Source: a virus
Taxonomy: Duplodnaviria > Caudoviricetes
Length of the DNA: 56,510 bases
Reading direction: 5' to 3' (one strand)
IMG/VR virus record: IMGVR_UViG_3300042549_004468
Location: 1 to 56,510 of that record
Part shown: piece after piece, positions 9,400 to 18,911 of the stretch
Layout: every line of letters starts with the position of its first letter
How positions within the stretch are numbered: the first letter of the stretch is position 1
Position numbers and translations under genes: made by a program
The notes under the pieces: generated by a model
Told to the model about the DNA's origin: nothing
The model's input: only the letters and a program-made list of their open reading frames with translations
Database searches by the model: none

Positions 9400-10593
9400 T
9401 TATGCGAACTTTCCTATTGCTACTATTTCATCAGTTGCTGCTAAAGTAAATCCTAGCTCTGATGTGTTTATTATTAGTGTACATATGCCGCTACTCTGTG
9501 TAAAGCTTGTAATTGCTGTTGGCTCTACATATTGACCATTTATGAAGAATGTGAAATTAGACACACTTGTTGCTGGTAATCCTACTGGAGCAGTTAAAAA
9601 GACTCCAGTAAAATAAGCTGTGTCTGGAGCTGATACCGATGTTGCTGCTACTGTATTGTTTGCATATAAATAGCTCACAGTTGTTGCGTCAGATAATGAT
9701 AATGGATTAATTGATGTTCTTACTGTAGGTGTTGTGAATGTTGTTTTACCTTTAGCAACCATATCTTCTTTTTGTTGAAATACTCCTGGATCTGCATCTG
9801 GCGTTACCTCTATTACAATCTGCCTTACATCAAATGATTTCTCAGATTGCTTCTTGCTTAGTTCTTTTGCTAATACGTCTGGTACTATTTGACCAAATAA
9901 AGTTATTGTGAATGATGAACGTACCATTCTATCAGCATCTTGTAATAGATCTGTTGTGTTAGTGATAGAATCAATTTTAGTTCTAAACTTGAACTTTTCC
10001 ATATCACCCCAATAAGTGCCTTCTGTGTAGATGATACTCTCAAGAATCTTATTCATTCCTTCTATGTAGTCAGTCCATACAACCACGTCATACGTGATGT
10101 CAACGTAATCTGGCACGACAGTATTAATAAATGTTTTGATTGGCTTAGAGTTCGTTAAAACACTAAATTGATCGTATTTATTTATCTGGTTGTACTTCAG
10201 CTCTTGTGAATAGTACAGACTAGGGAAGTTGGCATCTATTTTATTACCTAAAGTTTTGTTTCTTGTAATAGATGTTCTTTTGTAAGCAATAAGTGGTGAT
10301 TGTATCTTACCACTCTTATCTCTAAAGTATCCATCAGCTTGTACGTTCTTCCACTTTTCTGGAGAGCCATACATTACTGGTACTTTAACCACATTACCAA
10401 ACTCTTCAATTTCTGGTTTAATGACTTCATCAAAATAATATTTGATAGCGTAATCAATATCGTAAAGACCAATCGATAGCTGCTTTACAGTATCATCATC
10501 CCTACGCACATCATTAGCACGATCAAATGCATGATTTTCTTCACCCTTGCTAAGTTCGTATTGTGTTTTAGGTATTTGCTTTCTAGTATACAT
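9400..10593 (-). CDS. Tail terminator / sheath stabiliser, T4 gp15-like, with C-terminal extension
   Basis: VKVPVMYGSPEKW and VPDYVDITYDVVVWT resemble gp15-family motifs; follows gp13-like and gp14-like genes. Confidence 0.65.
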   Translation of the reverse strand: MYTRKQIPKTQYELSKGEENHAFDRANDVRRDDDTVKQLSIGLYDIDYAIKYYFDEVIKPEIEEFGNVVKVPVMYGSPEKWKNVQADGYFRDKSGKIQSPLIAYKRTSITRNKTLGNKIDANFPSLYYSQELKYNQINKYDQFSVLTNSKPIKTFINTVVPDYVDITYDVVVWTDYIEGMNKILESIIYTEGTYWGDMEKFKFRTKIDSITNTTDLLQDADRMVRSSFTITLFGQIVPDVLAKELSKKQSEKSFDVRQIVIEVTPDADPGVFQQKEDMVAKGKTTFTTPTVRTSINPLSLSDATTVSYLYANNTVAATSVSAPDTAYFTGVFLTAPVGLPATSVSNFTFFINGQYVEPTAITSFTQSSGICTLIINTSELGFTLAATDEIVAIGKFA

Positions 10594-11102
10594 TAATATC
10601 TACTTTTTATAATCTGCAGTCTTGTTACTCTTGTGTAATGTGCTTCACAAATTATACTTAAACTTTCACCAAATTCAGATCCTACACTTTTTCCATAATC
10701 ACCATCTTTACCTGCAAAGAATTGGTTTTCGTTTACTTGATCAATCTCGTAGTAGTTACCTCTCACTTCTATAATATCTCCTGCATTTGGTACTAAGTTT
10801 ATCTCTCTTAGCTTTGGCTTTAAGAAAGCAAAAGTCATTGGCTGTGTGACATCAATACCAAATTGATCATCTTGCACATATGCTTGATCGCCTCTAGTAA
10901 GTAGACAAGTTAAACGTGTTGCTGTATAGTATGTTTTTTGTGATGATGCTTCTCCATACAAGTTTTCAGTATCTTTACCTTTAGTTTCTGGTAGATAGTA
11001 TTTGTAGTAATCTACCTCTTGTTGAATGATGTCATCTAACAGTTCCTTATTGATTTGCTTTATAAAGGATATATCCCTTGAAGATCCAAAAAGTGCACAC
11101 AT
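10593..11102 (-). CDS. Neck / head-closure protein, T4 gp14-like
   Basis: NLYGE and PNAGDII...YYEIDQVNE; position after gp13-like gene. Start reassigned to MCALFG (11102). Confidence 0.65.
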   Translation of the reverse strand: MCALFGSSRDISFIKQINKELLDDIIQQEVDYYKYYLPETKGKDTENLYGEASSQKTYYTATRLTCLLTRGDQAYVQDDQFGIDVTQPMTFAFLKPKLREINLVPNAGDIIEVRGNYYEIDQVNENQFFAGKDGDYGKSVGSEFGESLSIICEAHYTRVTRLQIIKSRY

Positions 11103-11103
11103 C

Positions 11104-12279
11104 TTATTTAATATATATGTATAAAGGTACTTTGTTAAGAGTTGTTTGCATTGCCGCTGCAACTGCAGTCTCTTGTTCCATTTGACTCTGCCTTGTCATT
11201 GAGTTTAATAATTCTTTTAAGTCAGTAATCAAAGCTAACTTATCTTCACGACCTTGTGCAATTAAATCAGCTCCATTCAAAGTTACTTCTGCTCCTGGAA
11301 TAGGTACAGTACTATATTTGCTACGGACTAATCCTAACATCTCTTTTGAGATTGATAATGTGTACTTATATATCCACTGAATCCCTATATCTTTAATGTT
11401 AGTAAACTGGATTCTACTGTATGGTACATTACTCAAATCGCTTATCGATCCTGTTGGAGCTTTTATTGGATTGTTTCTTTCAGAAACTACAACATACTCA
11501 AACCACACAGTATACTCTGCTGTTGGTATTGGATATATGTTTAGTTTGTTGTTTCTTAGCTCAAAACTATAAGATGATTTTCTAATCATGTCATTCATCT
11601 CAATTGCTTGAATACGCAGCAAATCTGCATATAAAGGCATTACTAAGAATGATACAGCTGGTGAGAATGATCCCCATCCAAAACTATCTAGGAGTTGTTG
11701 TGTACCTGCTCCAGTACCAACGTATGGGTCAAAGTATCTGACAATAGCTGGGCTAAAGTCATGATATATTCGCTTAATCTCAATAGCACTACCACTCTCT
11801 CGAGTAGCTGCAAACAAAGCATCTAAGTCGTATGTCTGTTGACCTGGAACAAGGCTTACATACCCTTTTTTCCAGTTTACATTACCACCACTTCCAACTT
11901 CATTACCATAACTTTTTGCTAGTTCAATTGTCCTACCAAAGTTTGGAGTAATTACTCTACCGCTTAATTGATTGCTAGTGGGTGTTCCAACTAAAGTAAG
12001 CATGTAGTCTTTAGCATTGTTCATGTTAACTTGAGTACTAAACTCAGTTACCGCTTCTTCAAATGCTGCATATAGGTTGATGTCTTGTAGTTCAATTTCT
12101 GTTATTGGATAACCTAATCTTTTAGCACACCAATCTGCTACCTTATCAGCTTCAACTTTAAACGTAGCATCACCATCATAATAACCAAACGGAGTTGGTC
12201 TAACTGCACTAGATCCAGTATAATACGATGCAGACATTGCTATGAAGCTGCTTGATCCGGGCCAAATTGGAATATTCAT
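11104..12279 (-). CDS. Neck / head-tail adaptor protein, T4 gp13-like
   Basis: DWCAKRLGYPITEIEL and WIYKYTL..SKEMLG..RSKY..PIPG..VTLNG match the gp13 pattern. Confidence 0.8.
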   Translation of the reverse strand: MNIPIWPGSSSFIAMSASYYTGSSAVRPTPFGYYDGDATFKVEADKVADWCAKRLGYPITEIELQDINLYAAFEEAVTEFSTQVNMNNAKDYMLTLVGTPTSNQLSGRVITPNFGRTIELAKSYGNEVGSGGNVNWKKGYVSLVPGQQTYDLDALFAATRESGSAIEIKRIYHDFSPAIVRYFDPYVGTGAGTQQLLDSFGWGSFSPAVSFLVMPLYADLLRIQAIEMNDMIRKSSYSFELRNNKLNIYPIPTAEYTVWFEYVVVSERNNPIKAPTGSISDLSNVPYSRIQFTNIKDIGIQWIYKYTLSISKEMLGLVRSKYSTVPIPGAEVTLNGADLIAQGREDKLALITDLKELLNSMTRQSQMEQETAVAAAMQTTLNKVPLYIYIK

Positions 12280-12295
12280 GTGTCTTTACTTTACA

Positions 12296-12303
12296 TATAA
12301 ATA
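12296..12303 (-). promoter_or_regulatory. Putative late promoter TATTTATA
   Basis: 16 nt upstream of the neck gene ATG. Confidence 0.7.
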
Positions 12304-12358
12304 GTTATCATTTGAATTAAAAAGACTGCCTGTTGGCCTTATTATCAGGTATTACTAC

Positions 12359-13027
12359 CTATTTACCATACTCATAGTCAAGTATCTTGCCTACTAGATC
12401 TGATCTGTGGTTTTCTTTTAGTTTAACCCACTTTATCTCTTGAATCTTCTTTGATATCTCAATAGCGTAGGATAGTCCATTCATTTCACCAGTTGGTGTT
12501 TTAATATCCATTTGCTCATTATCCCCATTTATGATAATCTTACCATTTTTACCTAAACGAGTAAGAATGGCTAACATTTCGGATTTGGTCAAGTTTTGGG
12601 CTTCTTCTACTACTAGTACATCATCAATAGTTTTACCTCGTATGAATTGTACTGGGAGTGCCTTTATCTTTTCGGCTTCTACTAGTTTTGCTACTTCTCC
12701 TTTATCTGTGCAACACTTCTTTAAATTTTCAAGTAGTGCTTCCATGTAAGGATCAAACTTTTCACCTAATGCTCCTGGCAAGAATCCAAGACTCTTTCCT
12801 ACTTCAATAGTAGCTCTGGTGTTGTATATACAACTAACCTGCTTCTTCTTAAGAAAATCTAAAGCGGCTTGTGCACAAACTAGAGACTTGCCTGATCCCG
12901 CTCTACCTGTTATTATAACGATTTGATTTTCTACGATTAAAGCTTTTGCAGCTTTTTGTTCTTCGTTTAGCTGTACTGCATTGATTGCTTTAATTTCAGC
13001 TTTTCTTTCTCTCTTAGGTTCGATCAT
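12359..13027 (-). CDS. phoH: PhoH-family ATPase
   Basis: GRAGSGKS Walker A, LGFLPG, FIRGKT, EEAQN, LTRLG, GDNEQMD, HRSDLV. Confidence 0.92.
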   Translation of the reverse strand: MIEPKRERKAEIKAINAVQLNEEQKAAKALIVENQIVIITGRAGSGKSLVCAQAALDFLKKKQVSCIYNTRATIEVGKSLGFLPGALGEKFDPYMEALLENLKKCCTDKGEVAKLVEAEKIKALPVQFIRGKTIDDVLVVEEAQNLTKSEMLAILTRLGKNGKIIINGDNEQMDIKTPTGEMNGLSYAIEISKKIQEIKWVKLKENHRSDLVGKILDYEYGK

Positions 13028-13039
13028 ATAACAATTTTA

Positions 13040-13047
13040 TATAAATA
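13040..13047 (-). promoter_or_regulatory. Putative late promoter TATTTATA
   Basis: Between the MCP terminator and phoH, 12 nt from ATG. Confidence 0.7.
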
Positions 13048-13058
13048 GTTGTATAAAC

Positions 13059-13085
13059 AAAAAAAGCCCCACATTTCTGTGAGGC
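13059..13085 (-). terminator. Intrinsic terminator after the major capsid gene
   Basis: - strand GCCTCACA-GAAA-TGTGGGGC followed by TTTTTTT. Confidence 0.88.
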
Positions 13086-13109
13086 CTTTTAATCTAAGAT
13101 TGATTAGTA

Positions 13110-14717
13110 TTAGTATTGACCTAAGTCAGCTACGTATACTTTTCCGTAGAACTCTGGACGAGTTACAACTTTCGCGTAACGAGTCATAACACCACGACGT
13201 GGTACGAAGTTGTTTGGATCGTACACCAGTGGAGTTAACATTAACGGAATGTATGGAGCATATACAGCACCAGTTTCTAAGAACTGAGTACCACGGAAGC
13301 CCATTAATACAGTGTTTTCTTGCATGTATGGATTCTTGTACACTTCGTAGCGGCTAGTTAAAGCACCTACTTTTTGTACACCCATTGCAAACTTCATCTT
13401 AGTTCCATCACCGTCAGCAGCATATCCTGGGATTGATTCAAGGATAGTAGCGATGTCAGGAGAACAAACTAAGAAGTTAGCACCACCACGTAAAGTTTTA
13501 GCGTGGATTTTGTTTGATACTTTTTGTAATTTAGTTCCCAAAGTTGCGAACCAAGTACCTTGAATGTAAGCTTGACCATTTATGTTGGTGTCAGCAGCAA
13601 ATGTTGCACCGTTCCATACTTGACCTACTTTAGCTGACCAATATTCAGTTGTAGCAGCAGCAGAGATTAACATATCTAAGATCTCTAAATCGATTTCCAT
13701 AGAAACGTATTCAGATAACATAGCAGTTAATTCACCTTCAGCATCTACTGAGTGGTAAGCATTCAAATCTTGAGCAAATTCTGGAGTCCAGCTTGCTTTC
13801 AACTTACGAGTCTTAGCAGTAACTGGAATAGAACGCATTTGGAGTTCAATTTCAGGAATGTTTAAGTTGGTATCTAAAGAACGACCATTTGCGGTTTCGA
13901 AATCGCTACGAGCATCATTAGTAGGTTGGATAGAGTAAGATACTGCATATCCTGTTTGAGTACTACCAGAACCACCAGCACTTGCACTGATAATCATTAC
14001 TAAGTCATTACCACTCTTAACAGAGAATGCAGGGAAATAAGTAGTACCAGCAGTCAAAGTTACAGAAGCAGAAGCAGGGATAAATCCACGAACTGCATAA
14101 GGATCAGCATTTGCACCAGCTCCAGTAAAGAAGTTAGAGAAAGTTAATTTACGGTAGTTAGATAAAGATGCAGTAAAATCACCATCAAAGTTAACATCAG
14201 TAGCAGCAACTGAACCAGTAGTTACAGTTAAGCTAGAAGTAAGGGCAGTATTCATTGAGTAGCCAAAACGACCAGCACCATAAAGACCGTCAGTTGGATT
14301 ACCAGCTGCGTTAGTGATACCTTGCAAAGTGCCAGTTTGGTTTTGTCCTTGTGGAGCGAAGCCAAATGGTTGTTTGCTGTTAGCATATTTAAAATCTAGA
14401 TAGAATACTAGACCTGAAGGCAAGTTCATTGGTTGTACGCTTACAAATTCTTTAGCAGCGATCTCAGCGAAGATACGACGTACTAAAGGTAAAGCAACAC
14501 CATGCCATTGTTCAAATCCAGCACCAGATGTACCAGACATTTCTGCTGATCCTTCTTTAATTAATTGTCTTGCTTGGTTTTCTAAAAGGACTGCAACAGT
14601 TGATTTCTCATTACCGCCTTTTAAACCTTCCATTAGGCCTGTTTTAGACCATTTGGTAATTAACGGCTTCACTTCGTCAGCACGATTTACATTACCCATG
14701 TTTTCAAATAAATTCAT
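13110..14717 (-). CDS. Major capsid protein, T4 gp23-like
   Basis: VLLENQ, PLVRR, VQPMNLPSGLVFYL, VTAKTRKLKASWTPEFAQDLNAYH, YAPYIPL, PRRGVMTRYA. Confidence 0.95.
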   Translation of the reverse strand: MNLFENMGNVNRADEVKPLITKWSKTGLMEGLKGGNEKSTVAVLLENQARQLIKEGSAEMSGTSGAGFEQWHGVALPLVRRIFAEIAAKEFVSVQPMNLPSGLVFYLDFKYANSKQPFGFAPQGQNQTGTLQGITNAAGNPTDGLYGAGRFGYSMNTALTSSLTVTTGSVAATDVNFDGDFTASLSNYRKLTFSNFFTGAGANADPYAVRGFIPASASVTLTAGTTYFPAFSVKSGNDLVMIISASAGGSGSTQTGYAVSYSIQPTNDARSDFETANGRSLDTNLNIPEIELQMRSIPVTAKTRKLKASWTPEFAQDLNAYHSVDAEGELTAMLSEYVSMEIDLEILDMLISAAATTEYWSAKVGQVWNGATFAADTNINGQAYIQGTWFATLGTKLQKVSNKIHAKTLRGGANFLVCSPDIATILESIPGYAADGDGTKMKFAMGVQKVGALTSRYEVYKNPYMQENTVLMGFRGTQFLETGAVYAPYIPLMLTPLVYDPNNFVPRRGVMTRYAKVVTRPEFYGKVYVADLGQY

Positions 14718-14751
14718 TTGTTTGTTTGTTTGGTTTTTTGTTAATTAATAA

Positions 14752-15747
14752 TTACTTGTTGTTGTACTCTACAAGAGTTTTGAAACGACTGTAAACGTTA
14801 TTGCTTTCTGCAATGATCTTAGTTGCTTTAGACGGAGCTGAAGCAAGACCTTCGTTCATTTTAGTTTTTGGTTTTGGTGCTGGTTTTTTAGCTTTGCCAT
14901 TTACTGATTCAGCTAATGTAGCATAAATCAATTTAGCTTCGCGTACATTCTTAGCACGATCAAAAGTTTCAATAATTTTTACTTTTTGAGTTTCAGTTAA
15001 TTCACCTTTTTTGAATAACTTGTTAACGAATAACAATTTAGCATTAAGTAAATTTACTTCATTCAATTTAGAACGTAAGAACTTAATCACATTGTAAGCT
15101 TCTTCAAGCTCTTCTTCTGTTTTCTTTTCTTCTTTCTCTTCTTCTTCAGATTCATCTTCTTCATTCAAAGCTGCGATGATTTCTTCTAAGTTGATTTCTT
15201 CGTCCATTTCTTTTTGTTCTGGGTCTTCTGACTCCATGTAAGTGGTGTCACCTTCCATTGTCTCTTCTTCAGATTCTTCTTCAGATCCACCTTCGAGTTC
15301 ACGTAAGATTTCTTCTAACTCTTCATCAGAAACTTCTTCGCCTTCTTCAGAGTCCATGTCCATATCCATGTCCATTTCTTCTTCAGAACCCATTTCCATT
15401 TCTTCTTCAGAACCCATTTCATCTTCAGAATCCATTTCCATTTCTTCTTCAGAATCCATTTCCATTTCATCTTCTTCCATGTAGTTCTTCATACCTTCAT
15501 TGTCTGGATCTTCATCATTTGTGATTCCAGCCATTTTCTGCATTGCTTCCATTTGCTCTTTTTCTTCCATAGAAGTTTCTTCTTCACCTTCCATACCTTC
15601 TTTGCCCATCTCTTCTTTAATCTTGTGAGAAAGCATTGATTGTAGTTTTGGTGCAAAAGCCTCTTCCAAAGCGACCTTAGCATTAGCAAGAGCAGTTTCG
15701 CGTACGGCTTTAGCGTCAGCGATTGCGTCTTTTAATAGTTTGTTCAT
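14752..15747 (-). CDS. Prohead scaffold / core protein (gp22-like role)
   Basis: Very acidic helical protein immediately before the MCP. Likely start MNKLLKDAIADAK at 15747. Confidence 0.75.
   Translation of the reverse strand: MNKLLKDAIADAKAVRETALANAKVALEEAFAPKLQSMLSHKIKEEMGKEGMEGEEETSMEEKEQMEAMQKMAGITNDEDPDNEGMKNYMEEDEMEMDSEEEMEMDSEDEMGSEEEMEMGSEEEMDMDMDMDSEEGEEVSDEELEEILRELEGGSEEESEEETMEGDTTYMESEDPEQKEMDEEINLEEIIAALNEEDESEEEEKEEKKTEEELEEAYNVIKFLRSKLNEVNLLNAKLLFVNKLFKKGELTETQKVKIIETFDRAKNVREAKLIYATLAESVNGKAKKPAPKPKTKMNEGLASAPSKATKIIAESNNVYSRFKTLVEYNNK
15352..15480. repeat. Imperfect 18-24-bp coding repeats (EEEMEMDS/GS) in the scaffold
   Basis: Repeated tccatttcttcttcagaa(c/t)ccatt units. 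Confidence 0.8.
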
Positions 15748-15776
15748 TTTGTTTTTTGATTTTTTGACTACTGTCA

Positions 15777-15838
15777 TATAGCTATTGAAAAGCTATAATA
15801 AAATTCGGTTAATAGAACACTATATAGTAGGATAGTGT
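15777..15838 (-). promoter_or_regulatory. Two-hairpin 5' leader of the scaffold-capsid operon
   Basis: Inverted repeats ACACTAT/ATAGTGT (15817-15838) and TATAGCT/AGCTATA (15777-15797) in an approximately 100-nt leader. Confidence 0.5.
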
Positions 15839-15845
15839 ATTTGGA

Positions 15846-15853
15846 TATAAATA
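15846..15853 (-). promoter_or_regulatory. Putative late promoter TATTTATA
   Basis: Intergenic, upstream of the scaffold leader. Confidence 0.7.
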
Positions 15854-15893
15854 TATCATTTATAACCAAAATATATTTTTTTAGAAAAATATT

Positions 15894-16331
15894 TTATTTT
15901 TTAGGTTTGAAAAACCTTTTAACGTTTTCTGAGATGTCATCAAAGTTTACAAGCACATCCACTTGATCAGGTTGTGTTGTTACTACAATTCCATCTTTAC
16001 TAATACTCTTTACAACACCAGTATCGCTTAAAAACTTTGCTGTATTGTACTTCTTTACTTTGCTGATGTTAAACTTGATTGGAATGCCTGCTGGTTTTTC
16101 TGCAGGTGCTTTCTTTTCATCCTCTCCACCTTCTTCTTTCTCTGCATCGTCTGCAGCTGCATCATCTGCAGGAGCTTCATCACCACCCTCATCGCCAGCT
16201 GCTGCTGCAAATGGGTTGTCTTCTCCTTCTTCTTCGGCAGGAGCATCTTCTTCCTTATCTTCAGCTTCCTTTAGATACTGCTTGAATGAGGCAGATATGC
16301 GACTCCAGTCTATACTCTTAGTGGATTTCAT
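15894..16331 (-). CDS. Acidic hypothetical head-associated protein
   Basis: SFKQYLKE leader-like motif, acidic linker, small beta C-terminal domain. Confidence 0.6.
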   Translation of the reverse strand: MKSTKSIDWSRISASFKQYLKEAEDKEEDAPAEEEGEDNPFAAAAGDEGGDEAPADDAAADDAEKEEGGEDEKKAPAEKPAGIPIKFNISKVKKYNTAKFLSDTGVVKSISKDGIVVTTQPDQVDVLVNFDDISENVKRFFKPKK

Positions 16332-16677
16332 AGTAACGTGATAAGGTGTGACCCATTTCTTCGTATAACGATTCTAATCTTTGTTGCAATTTACTAACTT
16401 CATTCACAGTTTTCATAAACTGCTCATTGTTAGCTTTTAGTGACTTCATGTTACGTTTAACAGTAATGTCATCAAAAGAATCATCAGTCTCTTGTAAAGC
16501 AATTCTTTCTGCATTTTCAACAATATTGCTAACAGCTTTTGCTGCTTCTCTTAGACTATCTGTACGGTAGATTATACTACCGTATTCATTAAACTTAGCT
16601 ACTTCTTGTAAGAATGCTGCTTTTTCGTTTAATCCGACCTTTTGATCGATACTTTCTTTAATTTTTGTTAGTTTCAT
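16318..16677 (-). CDS. Hypothetical helical head-associated protein
   Basis: 119-aa ORF between protease and scaffold. Confidence 0.65.
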   Translation of the reverse strand: MKLTKIKESIDQKVGLNEKAAFLQEVAKFNEYGSIIYRTDSLREAAKAVSNIVENAERIALQETDDSFDDITVKRNMKSLKANNEQFMKTVNEVSKLQQRLESLYEEMGHTLSRYYEIH

Positions 16678-16679
16678 GA

Positions 16680-17282
16680 TTACATTATTGAGATTATATC
16701 ACTGATGAGTGAATTAATTTTTGAATACTTGTTTGTTTGTGTAACTACTTTTACACCTTCGTTGAGGTTATCCATAAAAGCTCCTTGAGTAGATGGATTA
16801 GATACCAAGTCCCAGCATACAATTTCAAAATCGTCTGCTACAACTACCTTACCTTCACCTAACTCTCTCACACTACCCATACCACGGGAACTAATTCCTA
16901 GTCTGATACCAGCTTTTAATAGCTCTTTTGCAATGTTTCCTGATGGTGTAGGTAGAATCTCTATTTTACCCATCAAGTCACTACCTTCCCACCATAAGTC
17001 AATTACATTATGACATACGTTAGATAGATTCACTACTGAAGATTCTGGATGATCCAGTTCTCCTAAAGCTCTCTTTTCAGCTACAAAAGTATTTTTGTAC
17101 TTGTTAGCTTCGCGTTTTAAAATATCCAATGGATACTTTCTTTGGTTTTGATTGAAGGCATCACCTCTTTGCATTACACCACTAACAATCAACTTGCCTT
17201 GATTAGAGCTAATTGATTCGTTAATCTGTTCTGGTGTAAATTGGATTGAACCTATATAATCTACTATTACTCGCTTGTTCAT
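16680..17282 (-). CDS. Prohead maturation protease, T4 gp21-like
   Basis: NQNQRKYP, RALGELDHP, GISSRGMGS, DLVSNPSTQGA. Confidence 0.93.
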   Translation of the reverse strand: MNKRVIVDYIGSIQFTPEQINESISSNQGKLIVSGVMQRGDAFNQNQRKYPLDILKREANKYKNTFVAEKRALGELDHPESSVVNLSNVCHNVIDLWWEGSDLMGKIEILPTPSGNIAKELLKAGIRLGISSRGMGSVRELGEGKVVVADDFEIVCWDLVSNPSTQGAFMDNLNEGVKVVTQTNKYSKINSLISDIISIM

Positions 17283-18031
17283 GGTTTAAATATTTGTGCT
17301 ATGTTTTTAACAAGTTCTTCTTCTTGGTTAATATTTCCTAACCTTTCCTCTCTATCCATACCTTGGTATAGAACTTCTCCTTTTATGTAGTCTATTCCAT
17401 AAGGCTCTCCTGCTATGTAAATATCAAACTCATAGATGTCAGTGCCTTTTTGCTGGTACTCTACTTCTGGTGCTTTGATGTCTATACCAGCTTTGTTAAA
17501 TAACTTTACTAGTTTGTCTTTAATAGATGATGCAGCTAGTTCTTTTAAATTTGCAAGTTTACGAGCTTTTTTGTTTACTTCTGCTAAACGTCTACTTATC
17601 TTTAAGATAGCTTCATTAGTACGTTTCCAATACTTGCTATCATCTAATTTTGATTCTTGTTTTAGTTTAATGCTGTGATCTAGTGATCTTGAGATCTCTC
17701 TAAGCATTTTACTAACTTCTATAATCTTATTGTTAACTTTTTGTACTTCACTTGTATTTGCATCTTCTTTGAAGTTTTTATAACTTACCTCATGCAATTT
17801 AATAAAATGTGGTTTCTTTTTAGAAGCTTTTATTGAGTAAGCATACTCACCTTTTTCTAGGTCAATTGAGTCAGTACCATCACCACCTTGTTTGCCTGTA
17901 AAAGCTGCAGGAGTTGGATATCCTGCAAGACCAGCTGTTGTACTACCTTCTTGTTTTAGCTTGTCAGATTGCTGCTTTACATAAGCCTTTAGTTCTTCCA
18001 GCTCTTCTTTTGTCAGTTTATTACTTAACAT
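17279..18031 (-). CDS. Hypothetical prohead core-region protein
   Basis: 250-aa helical ORF with LxE motifs (LKQE, LHE, LKE), located between portal and protease. Confidence 0.6.
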   Translation of the reverse strand: MLSNKLTKEELEELKAYVKQQSDKLKQEGSTTAGLAGYPTPAAFTGKQGGDGTDSIDLEKGEYAYSIKASKKKPHFIKLHEVSYKNFKEDANTSEVQKVNNKIIEVSKMLREISRSLDHSIKLKQESKLDDSKYWKRTNEAILKISRRLAEVNKKARKLANLKELAASSIKDKLVKLFNKAGIDIKAPEVEYQQKGTDIYEFDIYIAGEPYGIDYIKGEVLYQGMDREERLGNINQEEELVKNIAQIFKP

Positions 18032-18878
18032 TTTTTAACTCTTTTAATAGTTCGTGGTAGAGTAATAAAGATAAAACATGATCTTCTTTGATTGTCTTAA
18101 CCTTTTCTAACTTAACAAGCATATTACACACTTCATTTAGTTTGATGGTTGTGACCTTGTCTTTTATCTTTGGTAAAGTTTTTTTAATAGATGCATTTAG
18201 TGATTTACCTTCTAACAATACAAAGTCTTTTAGAGCTGTTGTATTTGATATGTTGTTGATATATTCTTTTAAAATGCTCTTTTGTTTGGTTGATAGATCT
18301 GCATACTTTTCATTAAACTTATCAATCATTAATTTATAAGCTAATAAACGTATTTCACTATCTTGGTTCAAGTAATCCTCAGCTACTGTGGTTTTTCCTT
18401 CACTTAGCTTGTTTTTAGACTTTCTAACCAAATGTTCAAGTATTGTGTAGCGACTCTGTACTACTTCAGATACCTTAGCAACACTCACTCCCTCAAATAC
18501 TCTATAAGTAGATGCATAGATTTTGTACTCACTAATGTTGGTTTTGAAGAAATTAGTCAGGTCATAGTGCTTTTTAATTTCACGAATTAAATTATACTTT
18601 TGCTCTCTTAACTGATTAGCGTCTAGCTTATTGCGCAGTTTAATTACTGTGTTAAGTAAGTAGTTAGCTTTCTCAGTATTGCTATACTTTTCGTTAAGAA
18701 GCGTTTGGTAGAGCATAAGTTCTTTTGCAAGGACTGAGTCAGCTTTAAAAAACTCTTTAATGATAGAAAGAGCTGGCGACTTCTCTACACCCTTGATTGT
18801 GTCTGCTGCAACTTGACGCGACAGTAATTCGAACAGAATTGCCGTGTTCTTAATCTTGGAGTGAGTTGATTTTTTCAT
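18021..18878 (-). CDS. Hypothetical head-assembly protein
   Basis: 285-aa helical ORF (HSKIKNTAILFELL) directly after portal. Confidence 0.65.
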   Translation of the reverse strand: MKKSTHSKIKNTAILFELLSRQVAADTIKGVEKSPALSIIKEFFKADSVLAKELMLYQTLLNEKYSNTEKANYLLNTVIKLRNKLDANQLREQKYNLIREIKKHYDLTNFFKTNISEYKIYASTYRVFEGVSVAKVSEVVQSRYTILEHLVRKSKNKLSEGKTTVAEDYLNQDSEIRLLAYKLMIDKFNEKYADLSTKQKSILKEYINNISNTTALKDFVLLEGKSLNASIKKTLPKIKDKVTTIKLNEVCNMLVKLEKVKTIKEDHVLSLLLYHELLKELKNVK

Positions 18879-18891
18879 TTAGTTATCTGAT

Positions 18892-18899
18892 AATAAATA
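18892..18899 (-). promoter_or_regulatory. Variant late promoter TATTTATT
   Basis: One mismatch to TATTTATA, 13 nt upstream of ATG. Confidence 0.55.
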
Positions 18900-18911
18900 T
18901 GCTCGTTTTTC

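Noticed and set aside
12316-12360. Possible terminator after phoH
   Set aside because: Only short, imperfect stems before the T run; too weak to call.
15352-15480. Repeats resembling a CRISPR array
   Set aside because: In-frame low-complexity coding repeats with no unique spacers and no cas genes.
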